Part shown: one piece after another, positions 12,036 to 30,700 of the stretch
Numbering within the stretch: position 1 is the first letter of the stretch
How the letters are laid out: each line of letters opens with the position of its first letter
From: Eledone cirrhosa
Taxonomy: Eukaryota
Length of the DNA: 64,000 nucleotides
Direction: 5' to 3'
Assembly (NCBI GenBank): GCA_964016885.1
Contig: OZ024743.1
Span: 49,786,001-49,850,000 of the forward strand
The notes under the pieces: generated by a model
Told to the model about the DNA's origin: nothing
Seen by the model: only the letters and a program-made list of their open reading frames with translations
The model's database searches: none
Program-made: the position numbers and the translations under genes

Positions 12036-12448
12036 TACACATACATACACGTACATACACATACATACACATACATACACATACATACACATACATACAT
12101 GTACATACACATACACATGCATACATACATATACATACACATACATACATACACTTACATACACATACATACACATACATACATATACATACATACACTT
12201 ACATACACATACATACACATACATGCACATACACATACATACATACACATACATACATGTACATACACATACATACATACATATACATACACATACATAC
12301 ATACACATACATACATACATACATACACATACATACATATACATACATACATACATACATACACATACATACACATACATACACATACATACATACACAT
12401 ACATACACATACATACACATACATACACATACATACATACACATACAC
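12036..12448. repeat. (ATAC)n/(ATACAC)n microsatellite
   Basis: Direct reading. Confidence 0.95.
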
Positions 12449-15400
12449 AGAGACACACAGACACACAACCGCACAGACACACAGACACACAACCACACAG
12501 ACACACAGACACACAACCACACAACCACACAACCACACAGACACACAACCACACAGATACACAACCACACAGACACACAACTACACAAACACACAACCAC
12601 ACAACCACACAACCACACAGACACACAACCACACAACCACACAACCACACAGACACACAACCACACAGACACACAGTCACACAGACACACAGACACACAA
12701 CCACACAACCACACAACCACACAGACACACAACCACATAACCACACAACCACACAGACACACAACCACACAGACACACAACCACACAGACACACAGACAC
12801 ACAACCACACAACCACACAACCACACAGACACACAACCACACAGACACACAACCACACAGACACACAACCACACAGACACACAACCACACAACCACACAA
12901 CCACACAGACACACAGACAAACAACCACACAACCACACAACCACACATACACACAACCACACAACCACACAACCACACAACCACACAACCACACAACCAC
13001 ACATACACACAGACGCACAGACACACAGACACACAGACACACAGACACACAACCACACAACCACACAACCACACAACCACACAACCACACAGACACACAG
13101 ACACACAACCACACAACCACACAGACACACAACCACACAACCACACAACCACACAGACACACAGACACACAACCACACAACCACACAACCACACAGACAC
13201 ACAACCACACAACCACACAACCACACAACCACACAACCACACAGACACACAGACACACAGACACACAGACACACAACCACACAACCACACAACCACACAA
13301 CCACACAACCACACAGACACACAGACACAGACACACAGACACACAGACACACAACCACACAACCACACAACCACACAACCACACAACCACACAGACACAC
13401 AGACACACAACCACACAACCACACAGACACACAACCACACAACCACACAACCACACAACCACACAACCACACAGACACACAACCACGCAACCACACAACC
13501 ACACAGACACACAGACACACAACCACACAACCACACAACCACACAGACACACAACCACACAACCACACAACCACACAGACACACAGACACACAGACACAC
13601 AGACACACAACCACACAACCACACAACCACACAACCACACAGACACACAACCACACAACCACACAACCACACAACCACACAGAGACACAACCACACAACC
13701 ACACAACCACACAGACACACAACAACACAACCACACAACCACACAACCACACAGACACACAGACACACAACCACACAACCACACAACCACACAACCACAC
13801 AACCACACAGACACACAACCACACAACCACACAACCACACAACCACACAGACACACAACCACACAACCACACAACCACACAGACACACAACCACACAACC
13901 ACACAACCACACAGACACACAGACACAGAACCACACAACCACACAACCACACAGACACACAGACACACAGACACACAGAGACACAACCACACAACCACAC
14001 AACCACACAGACACACAGACACACAGACACACAGACACACAGACACACAACCACACAACCACACAACCACACAACCACACAGACACACAGACACACAACC
14101 ACACAACCACACAACCACACAACCACACAACCACACAACCACACAGACACACAACCACACAACCACACAACCACACAACCACACAGACACACAACCACAC
14201 AACCACACGACCACACAACCACACAGACACACAGACACACAACCACACAACCACACAACCACACAACCACACAACCACACAACCACACAACCACACAACC
14301 ACACAGACACACAACCACACAACCACACAACCACACAGACACACAACCACACAACCACACAACCACACAACCACACAGACACATAGACACACAGACACAC
14401 AGACACACAGACATACAACCACACAACCACACAACCACACAACCACACAGACACACAACCACACAACCACACAACCACACAGACACATAGACACACAGAC
14501 ACACGGACACACAGACACACAACCACACAACCACACAACCACACAGACACACAGACACACAGACACACAACCACACAACCACACAACCACACAACCACAC
14601 AGACACACAACCACACAACCACACAACCACACAACCACACAGACACACAGACACACAGACACACAGACACACAACCACACAACCACACAACCACACAACC
14701 ACACAGACACACAACCACACAACCACACAACCACACAACCACACAGACACACAACCACACAACCACACAACCACACAACCACACAGACACACAACCACAC
14801 AACCACACAACCACACAACCACACAGACACATAGACACACAGACACACAGACACACAGACATACAACCACACAACCACACAACCACACAGACACACAACC
14901 ACACAACCACACAACCACACAGACACATAGACACACAGACACACGGACACACAGACACACAACCACACAACCACACAACCACACAGACACACAGACACAC
15001 AGACACACAGACACACAGACACACAACCACACAACCACACAACCACACAACCACACAGACACACAACCACACAACCACACAACCACACAACCACACAGAC
15101 ACACAGACACACAGACACACAGACACACAACCACACAACCACACAACCACACAACCACACAGACACACAACCACACAGACACACAACCACACAACCACAC
15201 AACCACACAACCACACAGACACACAACCACACAACCACACAACCACACAGACACACAGACACACAACCACACAACCACACAACCACACAACCACACAACC
15301 ACACAGACACACAACCACACAACCACACAACCACACAGACACACAACCACACAACCACACAACCACACAACCACACAACCACACAGACACACAACCACAC

Positions 15401-17653
15401 AACCACACAACCACACAACCACACAACCACACAACCACACAACCACACATACACACAACCACACAACCACACAGACACACAACCACACAACCACACAACC
15501 ACACAACCACACAGACACACAACCACACAACCACACAACCACACAACCACACAGACACATAGACACACAGACACACAGACACACAGACACACAACCACAC
15601 AACCACACAACCACACAACCACACAGACACACAACCACACAACCACACAACCACACAACCACACAGACACACAGACACACAGACACACAGACACACAACC
15701 ACACAACCACACAACCACACAGACACACAACCACACAACCACACAGACACACAGACACACAGACACACAGACACACAGACACACAACCACACAACCACAC
15801 AACCACACAACCACACAGACACACAGACACACAACCACACAACCACACAACCACACAGACACACAGACACACAGACACACAGACACACAACCACACAACC
15901 ACACAACCACACAACCACACAACCACACAGACACACAGACACACAGACACACAACCACACAACCACACAGACACACAACCACACAACCACACAACCACAC
16001 AGACACACAGACACACAGACACACAACCACACAACCACACAACCACACAACCACACAGACACACAGACACACAGACACACAACCACACAGACACACAACC
16101 ACACAACCACACAACCACACAACCACACAGACACACAGACACACAGACACACAACCACACAACCACACAACCACACAACCACACAACCACACAACCACAC
16201 AGACACACAGACACACAACCACACAACCACACAACCACACAGACACACAGACACACAGACACACAACCACACAACCACACAACCACACAACCACACAGAC
16301 ACACAACCACACAACCACACAACCACACAACCACACAGACACACAGACACACAACCACACAACCACACAACCACACAACCACACAGACACACAGACACAC
16401 AGACACACAACCACACAACCACACAACCACACAGACACACAGACACACAGACACACAACCACACAACCACAAAACCACACAACCACACAACCACACAACC
16501 ACACAGACACACAGACACACAGACACACAACCACACAACCACACAACCACACAACCACACAACCACACAGACACACAGACACACAACCACACAACCACAC
16601 AACCACACAACCACACAACCACACAGACACACAGACACACAGACACACAACCACACAACCACACAACCACACAGACACACAGACACACAGACACACAACC
16701 ACACAGACACACAACCACACAACCACACAACCACACAGACACACAGACACACAGACACACAACCACACAGACACACAGACACACAACCACACAACCACAC
16801 AACCACACAGACACACAGACACACAGACACACAACCACACAGACACACAACCACACAACCACACAACCACACAACCACAGAGACACACAGACACACAGAC
16901 ACACAACCACACAACCACACAGCCACACAACCACACAACCACACAACCACACAGACACACAGACACACAACCACACAACCACACAACCACACAGACACAC
17001 AGACACACAGACACACAGACACACAACCACACAACCACACAACCACACAACCACACAGACACACAGACACACAGACACACAGACACACAACCACACAACC
17101 ACACAGACACACAACCACACAACCACACAGACACACAGACACACAGACACACAGACACACAACCACACAACCACACAACCACACAGACACACAGACACAC
17201 AGACACACAACCACACAACCACACAGACACACAGACACACAGACACACAGACACACAACCACACAACCACACAACCACACAACCACACAACCACACAGAC
17301 ACAGACACACAGACACACAACCACACAACCACACAGACACACAAACACACAACCACACAACTACACAACCACACAACCACACAGACACACAGACACACAG
17401 ACACACAACCACACAACCACACAACCACACAGACACACAGACACACAGACACACAACCACACAACCACACAACCACACAGACACACAGACACACAGACAC
17501 ACAACCACACAGACACACAGACACACAGACACACAGACACACAGACACACAACCACACAACCACACAACCACACAGACACACAGACACACAGACACACAG
17601 CCACGCAACCACACAGACACAGACACACAGACACACAGACACACAGACACACA
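12449..17653. repeat. 5.2-kb array of two interspersed 8-mers, AGACACAC and AACCACAC
   Basis: The 8-bp register is held almost throughout. The 1600-1800 aa Cys/Val ORFs in all three minus frames are artefacts. Confidence 0.97.
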
Positions 17654-17719
17654 CCAGGCTCCCAAACATCAAATCACCATCCACCTCACACTGGTCTTTT
17701 CTCTCCATCATAACTATGA

Positions 17720-18195
17720 ATCTCCCCCTCTCTCTCTTTCTCCCCTCTCTCTTTCTCCCCCTCTCTTTGTCTCCCCTTTTCTCCTCCTCGCCATCATACC
17801 AATCTATGTATTCCCCCTCTTCTCTCCTTCTATTACAACAATCTCTCCTCCCCCCCCTCTCTCTCTCTCTCCCTCCCCCCCCTCTCTCTCTCCTCTATGT
17901 ATTCCTTCTCTCTAGTACTCCTCCCTTTCTCCCCCTCTCTGTATGTATTCACTCAACTCTAACTAACACTCTCTATTTCCTCTTCTTTTTCGTTCTATCT
18001 TTCTTTTCAATATCTAACATCGCCGCCGCCGCCGTTGCCGCCGCCACCACCACCACCACCACCACCACCACCACCATCACCACCACCGCCGCCGCCGCCA
18101 CCACCACACACCACCACCACCACCACACCACCACCACCACCACACCACCACCACCACCACACCACACCACCACCACACCACCACCACCACCACCA
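17720..18195. repeat. CT-rich low complexity plus (GCC)n/(CCA)n microsatellite
   Basis: Direct reading. Confidence 0.85.
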
Positions 18196-18261
18196 ATGTA
18201 TGTCAGGATGGTCTGACCTGCTGTTTTCTGTTTTTCAGTATACTGACATTGAACATTTGTT

Positions 18262-19022
18262 CCGCTCTATCAAACATCTATAGTATCGAACACCCCTCTA
18301 TCAAACATCTATGGTATTGAACACCCATCTATCAAACATCTATAGTATCGAACACCCCTCTATCAAACATCTATGGTATTGAACACCCATCTATCAAACA
18401 TCTATAGTATCGAACACCCCTCTATCAAACATCTATACTATCAACACCCCTCTATCAAACATCTATAGTATCGAACATCGCTCAATCAAACATCTATAAT
18501 AACAACACCGCTCTATCAAACATCTATACTATTAACACCCCTCTATCAAACATCTATAGTATCGAACACCGTTCTATCAAACATCTATACTATGGAACAC
18601 CGCTCTATCAAACATCTATAGTATCGAACACCACTCTATCAAACATCTATACTATCAACACCGCTCTATCAAACATCTATACTATCGAACACCCCTCTAT
18701 CAAACATCTATAGTATCGAACACCCCTCTATCAAACATCTATACTATCAACACCCCTCTATCAAACATCTATACTATCAACACTCCTCTATCAAACATCT
18801 ATACTATTAACACCCCTCTATCAAACATCTATAGTATCGAACACCGTTCTATCAAACATCTATACTATCGAACATCCCTGTATCAAACATCTATACTATT
18901 AACACCCCTCTATCAAACATCTATAGTATCGAACACCCCTCTATCAAACATCTATACTATCAACACCCCTCTATCAAACATCTATACTATCAACACCCCT
19001 CTATCAAATACCTCTACTATCA
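18262..19022. repeat. 30/31-bp minisatellite
   Basis: Unit ctctatcaaacatctata(g/c)tatc(g)aacaccc. Confidence 0.92.
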
Positions 19023-19031
19023 ACTCTCCAC

Positions 19032-19685
19032 TATATACTATCACCACCTATACTATAACAACCTATACTATCACCACCTAAATTATCAGCACCTATACTA
19101 TCACTACCTATGCTATAACCACCTATACTACCACCACCTATACTATCACCACTTATGCTATAACCACCTATACTATCACCACCTATACTATCACTACCTA
19201 TACTATAACCACCTATACTACCACCACCTATACTATCACTACCTATACTCTAACCACCTATACTACCACCGCCTATACTTTCATCATCTATAGTATCCCC
19301 ACCAATAGTATAACCACCTATACTATAAGCACCTATACTACCACCACCTATACTATCACCACCTATACTATCACCACCTATACTATCACCACCTAAATTA
19401 TCACCACCTATACAATCACCACCTATACTATAACCACCTATACTATCACCACCTATACTATCACTACCTATACTACCTCCGCCTATACTATTACCACCTA
19501 TACTATCCCCACCAATAGTAGAACCATCTATACTATAACCACCTATACTACCACCACTTATACTATCACCACCTAAATTATCACCACCTATACTATCACC
19601 ATCTATGCTATAACCCCCGATATTATCACCACCTATACTATCACTACCTATACTACCACCGCCTATACTATCGCCTATACTATCA
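19032..19685. repeat. 15-bp diverged minisatellite
   Basis: Unit cctatactatcacca. Confidence 0.9.
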
Positions 19686-22600
19686 CCATACACTATCACA
19701 TCTCTATCACCATACACTATCACATCTCTATCACCATACACTATCACACCTCTATCACCATACACTATCACATCTCTATCACCATACACTATCACACCTC
19801 TATCACCATACACTATCACATCTCTATCAACACCATACACTATCACACCTCTATCACCATACGCTATCACACCTCTGTCAACACCATATACTATCACAAC
19901 TCTATCAACACCATACACTATCATAACTCTATCAACATACACTATCACATCTCTATCAACATACACTATCACATCTCTAACAACACCATACACTATCACA
20001 GCTCTATCAACATACACTATCACATCTCTATCAATACCATACACTATCACATCTCTATCAACACCATACACTATCACACCTCTATCAACATACACTATCA
20101 CATCTCTATCACCATACACTATCACATCTCTATCAACATACACTATCACACCTCTATCAACACCATATACTATCACACCTCTATCACCATACACTATCAC
20201 ATCTCTATCAACATACGCTATCACAGCTCTATCAACATATACTATCACATCTCTAACAACACCATACACTATCACACCTCTATCACCATACACTATCACA
20301 CCTCTATCAACACCATATACTATCACATCTCTAACAACACCATACACTATCACACCTCTATCACCATACACTATCACATCTCTATCAACATACGCTATCA
20401 CAGCTCTATCAATACCATACACTATCACACCTCTATCAACATACACTATCACATCTCTATCAACATACGCTATCACACCTCTATCACCACCATACACTAT
20501 CACACCTCTATCACCACCATACACTATCACATCTCTATCAACATACACTATCACATCTCTATAAACACCATACACTATCACACCTCTATCACCACCATAC
20601 ACTATCACACCTCTATCACCATACACTATCACATCTCTATAAACACCATACACTATCACATCTCTATCACCATACACTATCACACCTCTATCAACACCAT
20701 ACACTATCACATCTCTATAAACACCATACACTATCACATCTCTATCAACACCATACACTATCACACCTCTATCAACACCATACACTATCACACCTCTATC
20801 AACATACACTATCACATCTCTATCAACATACGCTATCACACCTCTATCACCACCATACACTATCACATCTCTATCAACATACACTATCACACCTCTATCA
20901 CCATACACTATCACACCTCTATCACCACCATACGCTATCACACCTCTATCACCACCATACACTATCACACCTCTATCACCACCATACACTATCACATCTC
21001 TATCAACACCATACACTATCACACCTCTATCACCATACACTATCACACCTCTATCACCACCATACACTATCACACCTCTATCACCACCATACACTATCAC
21101 ACCTCTATCAACACCATACACTATCACATCTCTATCAACACCATACACTATCACGTCTCTATCACCATACACTATCACACCTCTATCACCACCATACACT
21201 ATCACACCTCTATCACCACCATACACTATCACATCTCTATCAACATACACTATCACATCTCTATAAACACCATACACTATCACATCTCTATCACCATACA
21301 CTATCACACCTCTATCACCACCATACACTATCACACCTCTATCACCATACACTATCACATCTCTATAAACACCATACACTATCACATCTCTATAAACACC
21401 ATACACTATCACACCTCTATCACCACCATACACTATCACATCTCTATCACCATACACTATCACACCTCTATCACCACCATACACTATCACATCTCTATCA
21501 CCATACACTATCACACCTCTATCACCACCATACACTATCACATCTCTATCACCATACACTATCACACCTCTATCAACACCATACACTATCACACCTCTAT
21601 CAACACCATACACTATCACATCTCTATCAACACCATACACTATCACATCTCTATCAACACCATACACTATCACATCTCTATCACCATACACTATCACATC
21701 TCTATCAACACCATACACTACCACACCTCTATCACCATACACTATCACACCTCTATCACCACCATACACTATCACATCTCTATCACCATACACTATCACA
21801 CCTCTATCACCACCATACACTATCACATCTCTATCACCATACACTATCACACCTCTATCAACACCATACACTATCACATCTCTATCACCATACACTATCA
21901 CACCTCTATCACCACCATACACTATCACACCTCTATCACCATACACTATCACATCTCTATCAATACCATACACTATCACATCTCTATCAATACCATACAC
22001 TATCACATCTCTATCAACACCATACACTATCACACCTCTATCACCATACACTATCACACCTCTATCAACACCATACACTATCACATCTCTATAAACACCA
22101 TACACTATCACATCTCTATAAACACCATACACTATCACACCTCTATCACCACCATACACTATCACACCTCTATCACCATACACTATCACACCTCTATCAA
22201 CACCATACACTACCACACCTCTATCACCATACACTATCACATCTCTATCAACACCATACACTATCACATCTCTATCAACACCATACACTATCACATCTCT
22301 ATCACCATACACTATCACATCTCTATCAACACCATACACTATCACATCTCTATCAACACCATACACTATCACATCTCTATCACCATACACTATCACACCT
22401 CTATCAACACCATACACTATCACATCTCTATCAACATACACTATCACATCTCTATAAACACCATACACTATCACACCTCTATCACCATACACTATCACAT
22501 CTCTATAAACACCATACACTATCACACCTCTATCACCATACACTATCACATCTCTATCAACACCATACACTATCACATCTCTATCACCATACACTATCAC

Positions 22601-25600
22601 ACCTCTATCAACACCATACACTATCACACCTCTATCAACACCATACACTATCACACCTCTATCAACACCATACACTATCACACCTCTATCAACACCATAC
22701 ACTATCACATCTCTATCAACACCATACACTATCACACCTCTATCAACACCATACACTATCACACCTCTATCAACACCATACACTATCACATCTCTATCAA
22801 CACCATACACTATCACATCTCTATCAACACCATACACTATCACGTCTCTATCACCATACACTATCACATCTCTATCAACACCATACACTATCACATCTCT
22901 ATCAACACCATACACTATCACGTCTCTATCACCATACACTATCACACCTCTATCAACACCATACACTATCACACCTCTATCAACACCATACACTATCACA
23001 TCTCTATCACCATACACTATCACATCTCTATCAACACCATACACTATCACATCTCTATCAACACCATACACTATCACATCTCTATCAACACCATACACTA
23101 TCACGTCTCTATCACCATACACTATCACATCTCTATCAACACCATACACTATCACATCTCTATCAACACCATACACTATCACGTCTCTATCACCATACAC
23201 TATCACACCTCTATCAACACCATACACTATCACACCTCTATCAACACCATACACTATCACATCTCTATCACCATACACTATCACATCTCTATCAACACCA
23301 TACACTATCACATCTCTATCAACACCATACACTATCACACCTCTATCAACACCATACACTATCACATCTCTATCACCATACACTATCACATCTCTATCAA
23401 CACCATACACTATCACATCTCTATCAACACCATACACTATCACATCTCTATCAACACCATACACTATCACATCTCTATCACCATACACTATCACATCTCT
23501 TTCAACACCATACACTATCACGTCTCTATCACCATACACTATCACACCTCTATCAACACCATACACTATCACATCTCTATCAACACCATACACTATCACA
23601 TCTCTATCAACACCATACACTATCACGTCTCTATCAACACCATACACTATCACACCTCTATCAACACCATACACTATCACATCTCTATCAACACCATACA
23701 CTATCACACCTCTATCACCATACACTATCACATCTCTATCAACACCATACACTATCACGTCTCTATCACCATACACTATCACACCTCTATCAACACCATA
23801 CACTATCACATCTCTATCAACACCATACACTATCACATCTCTATCAACACCATACACTATCACGTCTCTATCAACACCATACACTATCACACCTCTATCA
23901 CCATACACTATCACACCTCTATCACCACCATACACTATCACACCTCTATCACCACCATACACTATCACACCTCTATCACCACCATACACTATCACATCTC
24001 TATCACCATACACTATCACACCTCTATCACCATACACTATCACACCTCTATCACCACCATACACTATCACACCTCTATCACCACCATACACTATCACATC
24101 TCTATCAACATACACTATCACATCTCTATAAACACCATACACTATCACATCTCTATCACCATACACTATCACACCTCTATCACCACCATACACTATCACA
24201 CCTCTATCACCATACACTATCACATCTCTATAAACACCATACACTATCACATCTCTATCAACACCATACACTATCACATCTCTATCAACACCATACACTA
24301 TCACACCTCTATCACCACCATACACTATCACACCTCTATCACCACCATACACTATCACATCTCTATCAACATACACTATCACATCTCTATAAACACCATA
24401 CACTATCACATCTCTATCACCATACACTATCACACCTCTATCACCACCATACACTATCACACCTCTATCACCATACACTATCACATCTCTATAAACACCA
24501 TACACTATCACATCTCTATCAACACCATACACTATCACATCTCTATCAACACCATACACTATCACACCTCTATCACCACCATACACTATCACACCTCTAT
24601 CACCACCATACACTATCACATCTCTATCACCACCATACACTATCACATCTCTATCACCACCATACACTATCACATCTCTATCAATACCATACACTATCAC
24701 ACCTCTATCACCACCATACACTATCACATCTCTATCACCATACACTATCACACCTCTATCACCATACACTATCACACCTCTATCACCACCATACACTATC
24801 ACACCTCTATCACCACCATACACTATCACACCTCTATCACCATACACTATCACATCTCTATAAACACCATACACTATCACACCTCTATCAACACCATACA
24901 CTATCACACCTCTATCAACACCATACACTATCACATCTCTATCAACACCATACACTATCACATCTCTATCAACACCATACACTATCACGTCTCTATCACC
25001 ATACACTATCACATCTCTATCAACACCATACACTATCACATCTCTATCAACACCATACACTATCACATCTCTATCACCATACACTATCACACCTCTATCA
25101 ACACCATACACTATCACATCTCTATCAACACCATACACTATCACATCTCTATCACCATACACTATCACACCTCTATCAACACCATACACTATCACATCTC
25201 TATCAACATACACTATCACATCTCTATAAACACCATACACTATCACACCTCTATCACCATACACTATCACATCTCTATAAACACCATACACTATCACACC
25301 TCTATCAACACCATACACTATCACATCTCTATCAACACCATACACTATCACACCTCTATCAACACCATACACTATCACACCTCTATCAACACCATACACT
25401 ATCACATCTCTATCAACACCATACACTATCACATCTCTATCAACACCATACACTATCACGTCTCTATCACCATACACTATCACATCTCTATCACCATACA
25501 CTATCACATCTCTATCAACACCATACACTATCACACCTCTATCACCATACACTATCACACCTCTATCAACACCATACACTATCACACCTCTATCAACACC

Positions 25601-27348
25601 ATACACTATCACATCTCTATCACCATACACTATCACATCTCTATCAACACCATACACTATCACACCTCTATCAACACCATACACTATCACATCTCTATCA
25701 CCATACACTATCACATCTCTATCAACACCATACACTATCACATCTCTATCAACACCATACACTATCACGTCTCTATCACCATACACTATCACATCTCTAT
25801 CAACACCATACACTATCACACCTCTATCAACACCATACACTATCACACCTCTATCAACACCATACACTATCACATCTCTATCAACACCATACACTATCAC
25901 ATCTCTATCAACACCATACACTATCACACCTCTATCAACACCATACACTATCACATCTCTATCAACACCATACACTATCACATCTCTATCAACACCATAC
26001 ACTATCACATCTCTATCAACACCATACACTATCACGTCTCTATCACCATACACTATCACATCTCTATCAACACCATACACTATCACATCTCTATCAACAC
26101 CATACACTATCACGTCTCTATCACCATACACTATCACACCTCTATCAACACCATACACTATCACACCTCTATCAACACCATACACTATCACATCTCTATC
26201 AACACCATACACTATCACACCTCTATCAACACCATACACTATCACATCTCTATCAACACCATACACTATCACATCTCTATCAACACCATACACTATCACA
26301 TCTCTATCAACACCATACACTATCACGTCTCTATCACCATACACTATCACATCTCTATCAACACCATACACTATCACATCTCTATCAACACCATACACTA
26401 TCACACCTCTATCACCACCATACACTATCACACCTCTATCACCATACACTATCACACCTCTATCAACACCATACACTATCACATCTCTATCAACACCATA
26501 CACTATCACACCTCTATCACCATACACTATCACACCTCTATCACCATACACTATCACATCTCTATCAACACCATACACTATCACGTCTCTATCACCATAC
26601 ACTACCACATCTCTATCAACACCATACACTATCACATCTCTATCAACACCATACACTATCACATCTCTATCACCATACACTATCACATCTCTATCAACAC
26701 CATACACTATCACGTCTCTATCACCATACACTATCACATCTCTATCAACACCATACACTATCACATCTCTATCAACACCATACACTATCACATCTCTATC
26801 AACACCATACACTATCACATCTCTATCAACACCATACACTATCACATCTCTATCAACACCATACACTATCACACCTCTATCACCATACACTATCACACCT
26901 CTATCAACACCATACACTACCACATCTCTATCAACACCATACACTATCACGTCTCTATCACCATACACTATCACACCTCTATCAACACCATACACTACCA
27001 CATCTCTATCAACACCATATACTATCACACCTCTATTAACATATACTATCACAACTCTATCACCATACACTATCACATCTCTATCACGATACACTATCAC
27101 ATCTCTATCACCATACACTATCACATCTCTATCACGATACACTATCACATCTCTATCACCATACACTATCACATCTCTATCACCATACACTATCACATCT
27201 CTATCACCATACACTATCACATCTCTATCACCATACACTATCACATTTCTATCACCATACACTATCACATTTCTATCACCATACACTATCACATCTCTAT
27301 CACCATACACTATCACATCTCTATCACCATACACTATCACATCTCTAT
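19680..27348. repeat. 7.7-kb satellite of 24/27-bp units
   Basis: Unit atc(aac)accatacactatcaca(t/c)ctct. It reads VIVYG(V)DR(D/G) in one minus frame. Confidence 0.97.
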
Positions 27349-27707
27349 TATCAATACCTATACGATTACAACTTTACTCAGTATCTCAACTATTTGCCAA
27401 TAGTCTCACCACACTATGTCAGACCTGCAAACCTCTAAAAACCCAGACGGGGAGTACCACGAAGGGCCCCAAAACGGGGAGAAATGAGGCAAAATGGGAA
27501 GATTTTACATAATGAAGGCTATAGCCATTTTCATAAGAGAAGACATCTGTCACCGAGCCCGATGTAGGTGGAAGATCTCCTCCCCGTCGAACGGGGAGAG
27601 TTGACAGGTCTGGTATAGACTACTCTAAAAACACAACAGAAATGTGTCACCTCAGCACACACAACGCAGCAGAACTAACCTTCCCGTCCAACATCATATA
27701 CATAAAT

Positions 27708-30700
27708 CACACACAACACCACACCACACACCATGCCACACACCACACCACACAAGACCACCACACCATACACACCACACCATACCACACTACACACCAC
27801 ACCACACCAAACTACACCACACCACACAACACAACACCACACACCACACACCACACACCACACACCACACACCACACACCACACACCACACTACACAACA
27901 CCACACATCACACCACACCACACAACATCACACACCACACACCACACCACACACCACATACCACACCACACCACACACCATCACACACCATACACCATAC
28001 CACACCATACCACACCACACCACACAACATCACACACCACACACCACACCACACCACACCACACCACACAACACACCACACAACACACCACCACACCACA
28101 CCAGACCACACTACAAACCACACACCACACCACACCACACAACACCACACCACACCACACACCAAACCACACAACACCACACCACACACACACCACACCA
28201 TACAACACGACACCACACAACACCACAAACCAAACCACACCACACCACACACACCACACCATACCACACCACACCAAACAACACCACACACAACACAACA
28301 CAACACAACACACCACAGCACACTACACCACACACCACACCACACTACACACCACACCACACCACACCACACCACACACCACACCACACCACACCGTACC
28401 ACACAACACCACAAACCACACAACACCACATCACACAACACCACACACCACACACCACACAACACCACACACACACTACACACCACACCAAACTACACAC
28501 CAGACACCACACACACACCACACCACATCACACCACACCGCATCACACAACACCACACACCACACTACACCACACCAGACACCACACACCACACAACACC
28601 ACACACCACACCACACAACACCACACCACACACCAGACCACACCACACAACACCACACACCACACCACACAACACCACACCACACCACACAACACCACAA
28701 CACCAGACCACACAACACCACACACGACACCACACAACACCACACACCATACACCATACACCACACGACACCACACAAACCACACCTCACCACACCATAC
28801 ACCATACACCATACACCACACTACACTACACAACACCACACCACACACCAGACCACACCACACAGCACCACACCACACACCACACACACCACACATCACC
28901 ATACACCATACACCACACACCACACAACACCACACACCATACACCATACACCACACCACACCACACAACACCACACAACACCACACACCATACACCATAC
29001 ACCACACCACACAACACCACACGCCATACACCACACACCACACACCACACCACACACCACACCACACACCACACCACACATCACCACACATCATACACCA
29101 CACCGCACAACACCACACCATACACCATACACCACACCACACACCATACACCATACACCACACACCCCACCGCACAACACCCCACCACACCACACAACAC
29201 CACACACCATATACCATACACATACACCATACACCACACCACACCACACCACACCACACCACACCACACAACACCATAACACCACACACCATACACCACA
29301 CGCCACACCACATCACACACCACACAACACCACAACACCACACACCATACACATTACACCACACCACACACCACACAACACGACACACCATACACAACAC
29401 CACACACTACACAACACCACCACACCACACACCTCACCATTTCAGTTCCACCACTATAGATCCACCATACCACGACTTCAGACACACTATTTCACGTACC
29501 GTTTCAGTTTGTCTACACCACACCATTCACCATACACCACACCACACACTGCACACCACACCACACCAGACCACACCACTACACCACACCACACACCAAA
29601 CCACACCACACCACACCACACTACACCATACCACTACACCACACACCAAACCACACCACACTACACCACACACCACACAACACATAACACACCACACTCC
29701 ACCACACTACACACCACTACACCACACCACACTACACCACACACCACACAACACATAACACACCACACTACACCACACTACACACCACACCACACTACAC
29801 CATACCACACACCACACACTACACATCACACCATACCACACCAGACCACACCAATACACCACACCACACACCACACCACACTGCACCACACCATACACCA
29901 CACAACACATAACACACCACACTACACCATACTACACACCACACCACTACACCACACCACACACCATACCACACCACATTACACCACACACCACACAACA
30001 CATAACACACCACACTACACCACACCACACACTACACACCACACCACACCACACACTACACACCACACCACTACACCACCCCACACACCACACTACACCA
30101 CACCACATCACACTACACCACACCACACACCACACAACATATAACACACCACACTACACCACACTACACACCACACTACACCACAGCACACTACACCACA
30201 CTACACCACACACCACACTACACGACGCCACACCACACTACACCACAGCACACTACACCACACTACACCACACACCACACTACACCACACTACACCACAC
30301 TACACCACGCCACACCACACTACACCACACCACAATACACCACACTACACCACACACCACACTACACCACACCACACTACACCACACTACACTACACCAC
30401 ACCACACTACACCACACCACACCACTACACCACACCACACACCACACAACACATACCACACCACACCACACGACACACCACACAACACCACACACTACAC
30501 TACACCACACTACACCACCATACACCACACTACACTACACCACACTACACCACACTACACCACACTACACTACACCACACTACACTACACATTACACTAC
30601 ACCAGACTACACTACACCACACTACACCACACTACACCACACACTACACTACACCACACTACACCACCATACACCACACTACACTACACCACACTACACC

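Noticed and set aside
11994-17665. 1600-1800 aa Cys/Val-rich ORFs
   Set aside because: The 8-bp units contain no stop in any minus frame, so all three frames are open trivially.
27420-27700. Unique ~280-bp spacer between satellites
   Set aside because: No motif, terminal structure or second copy could be identified in the window.
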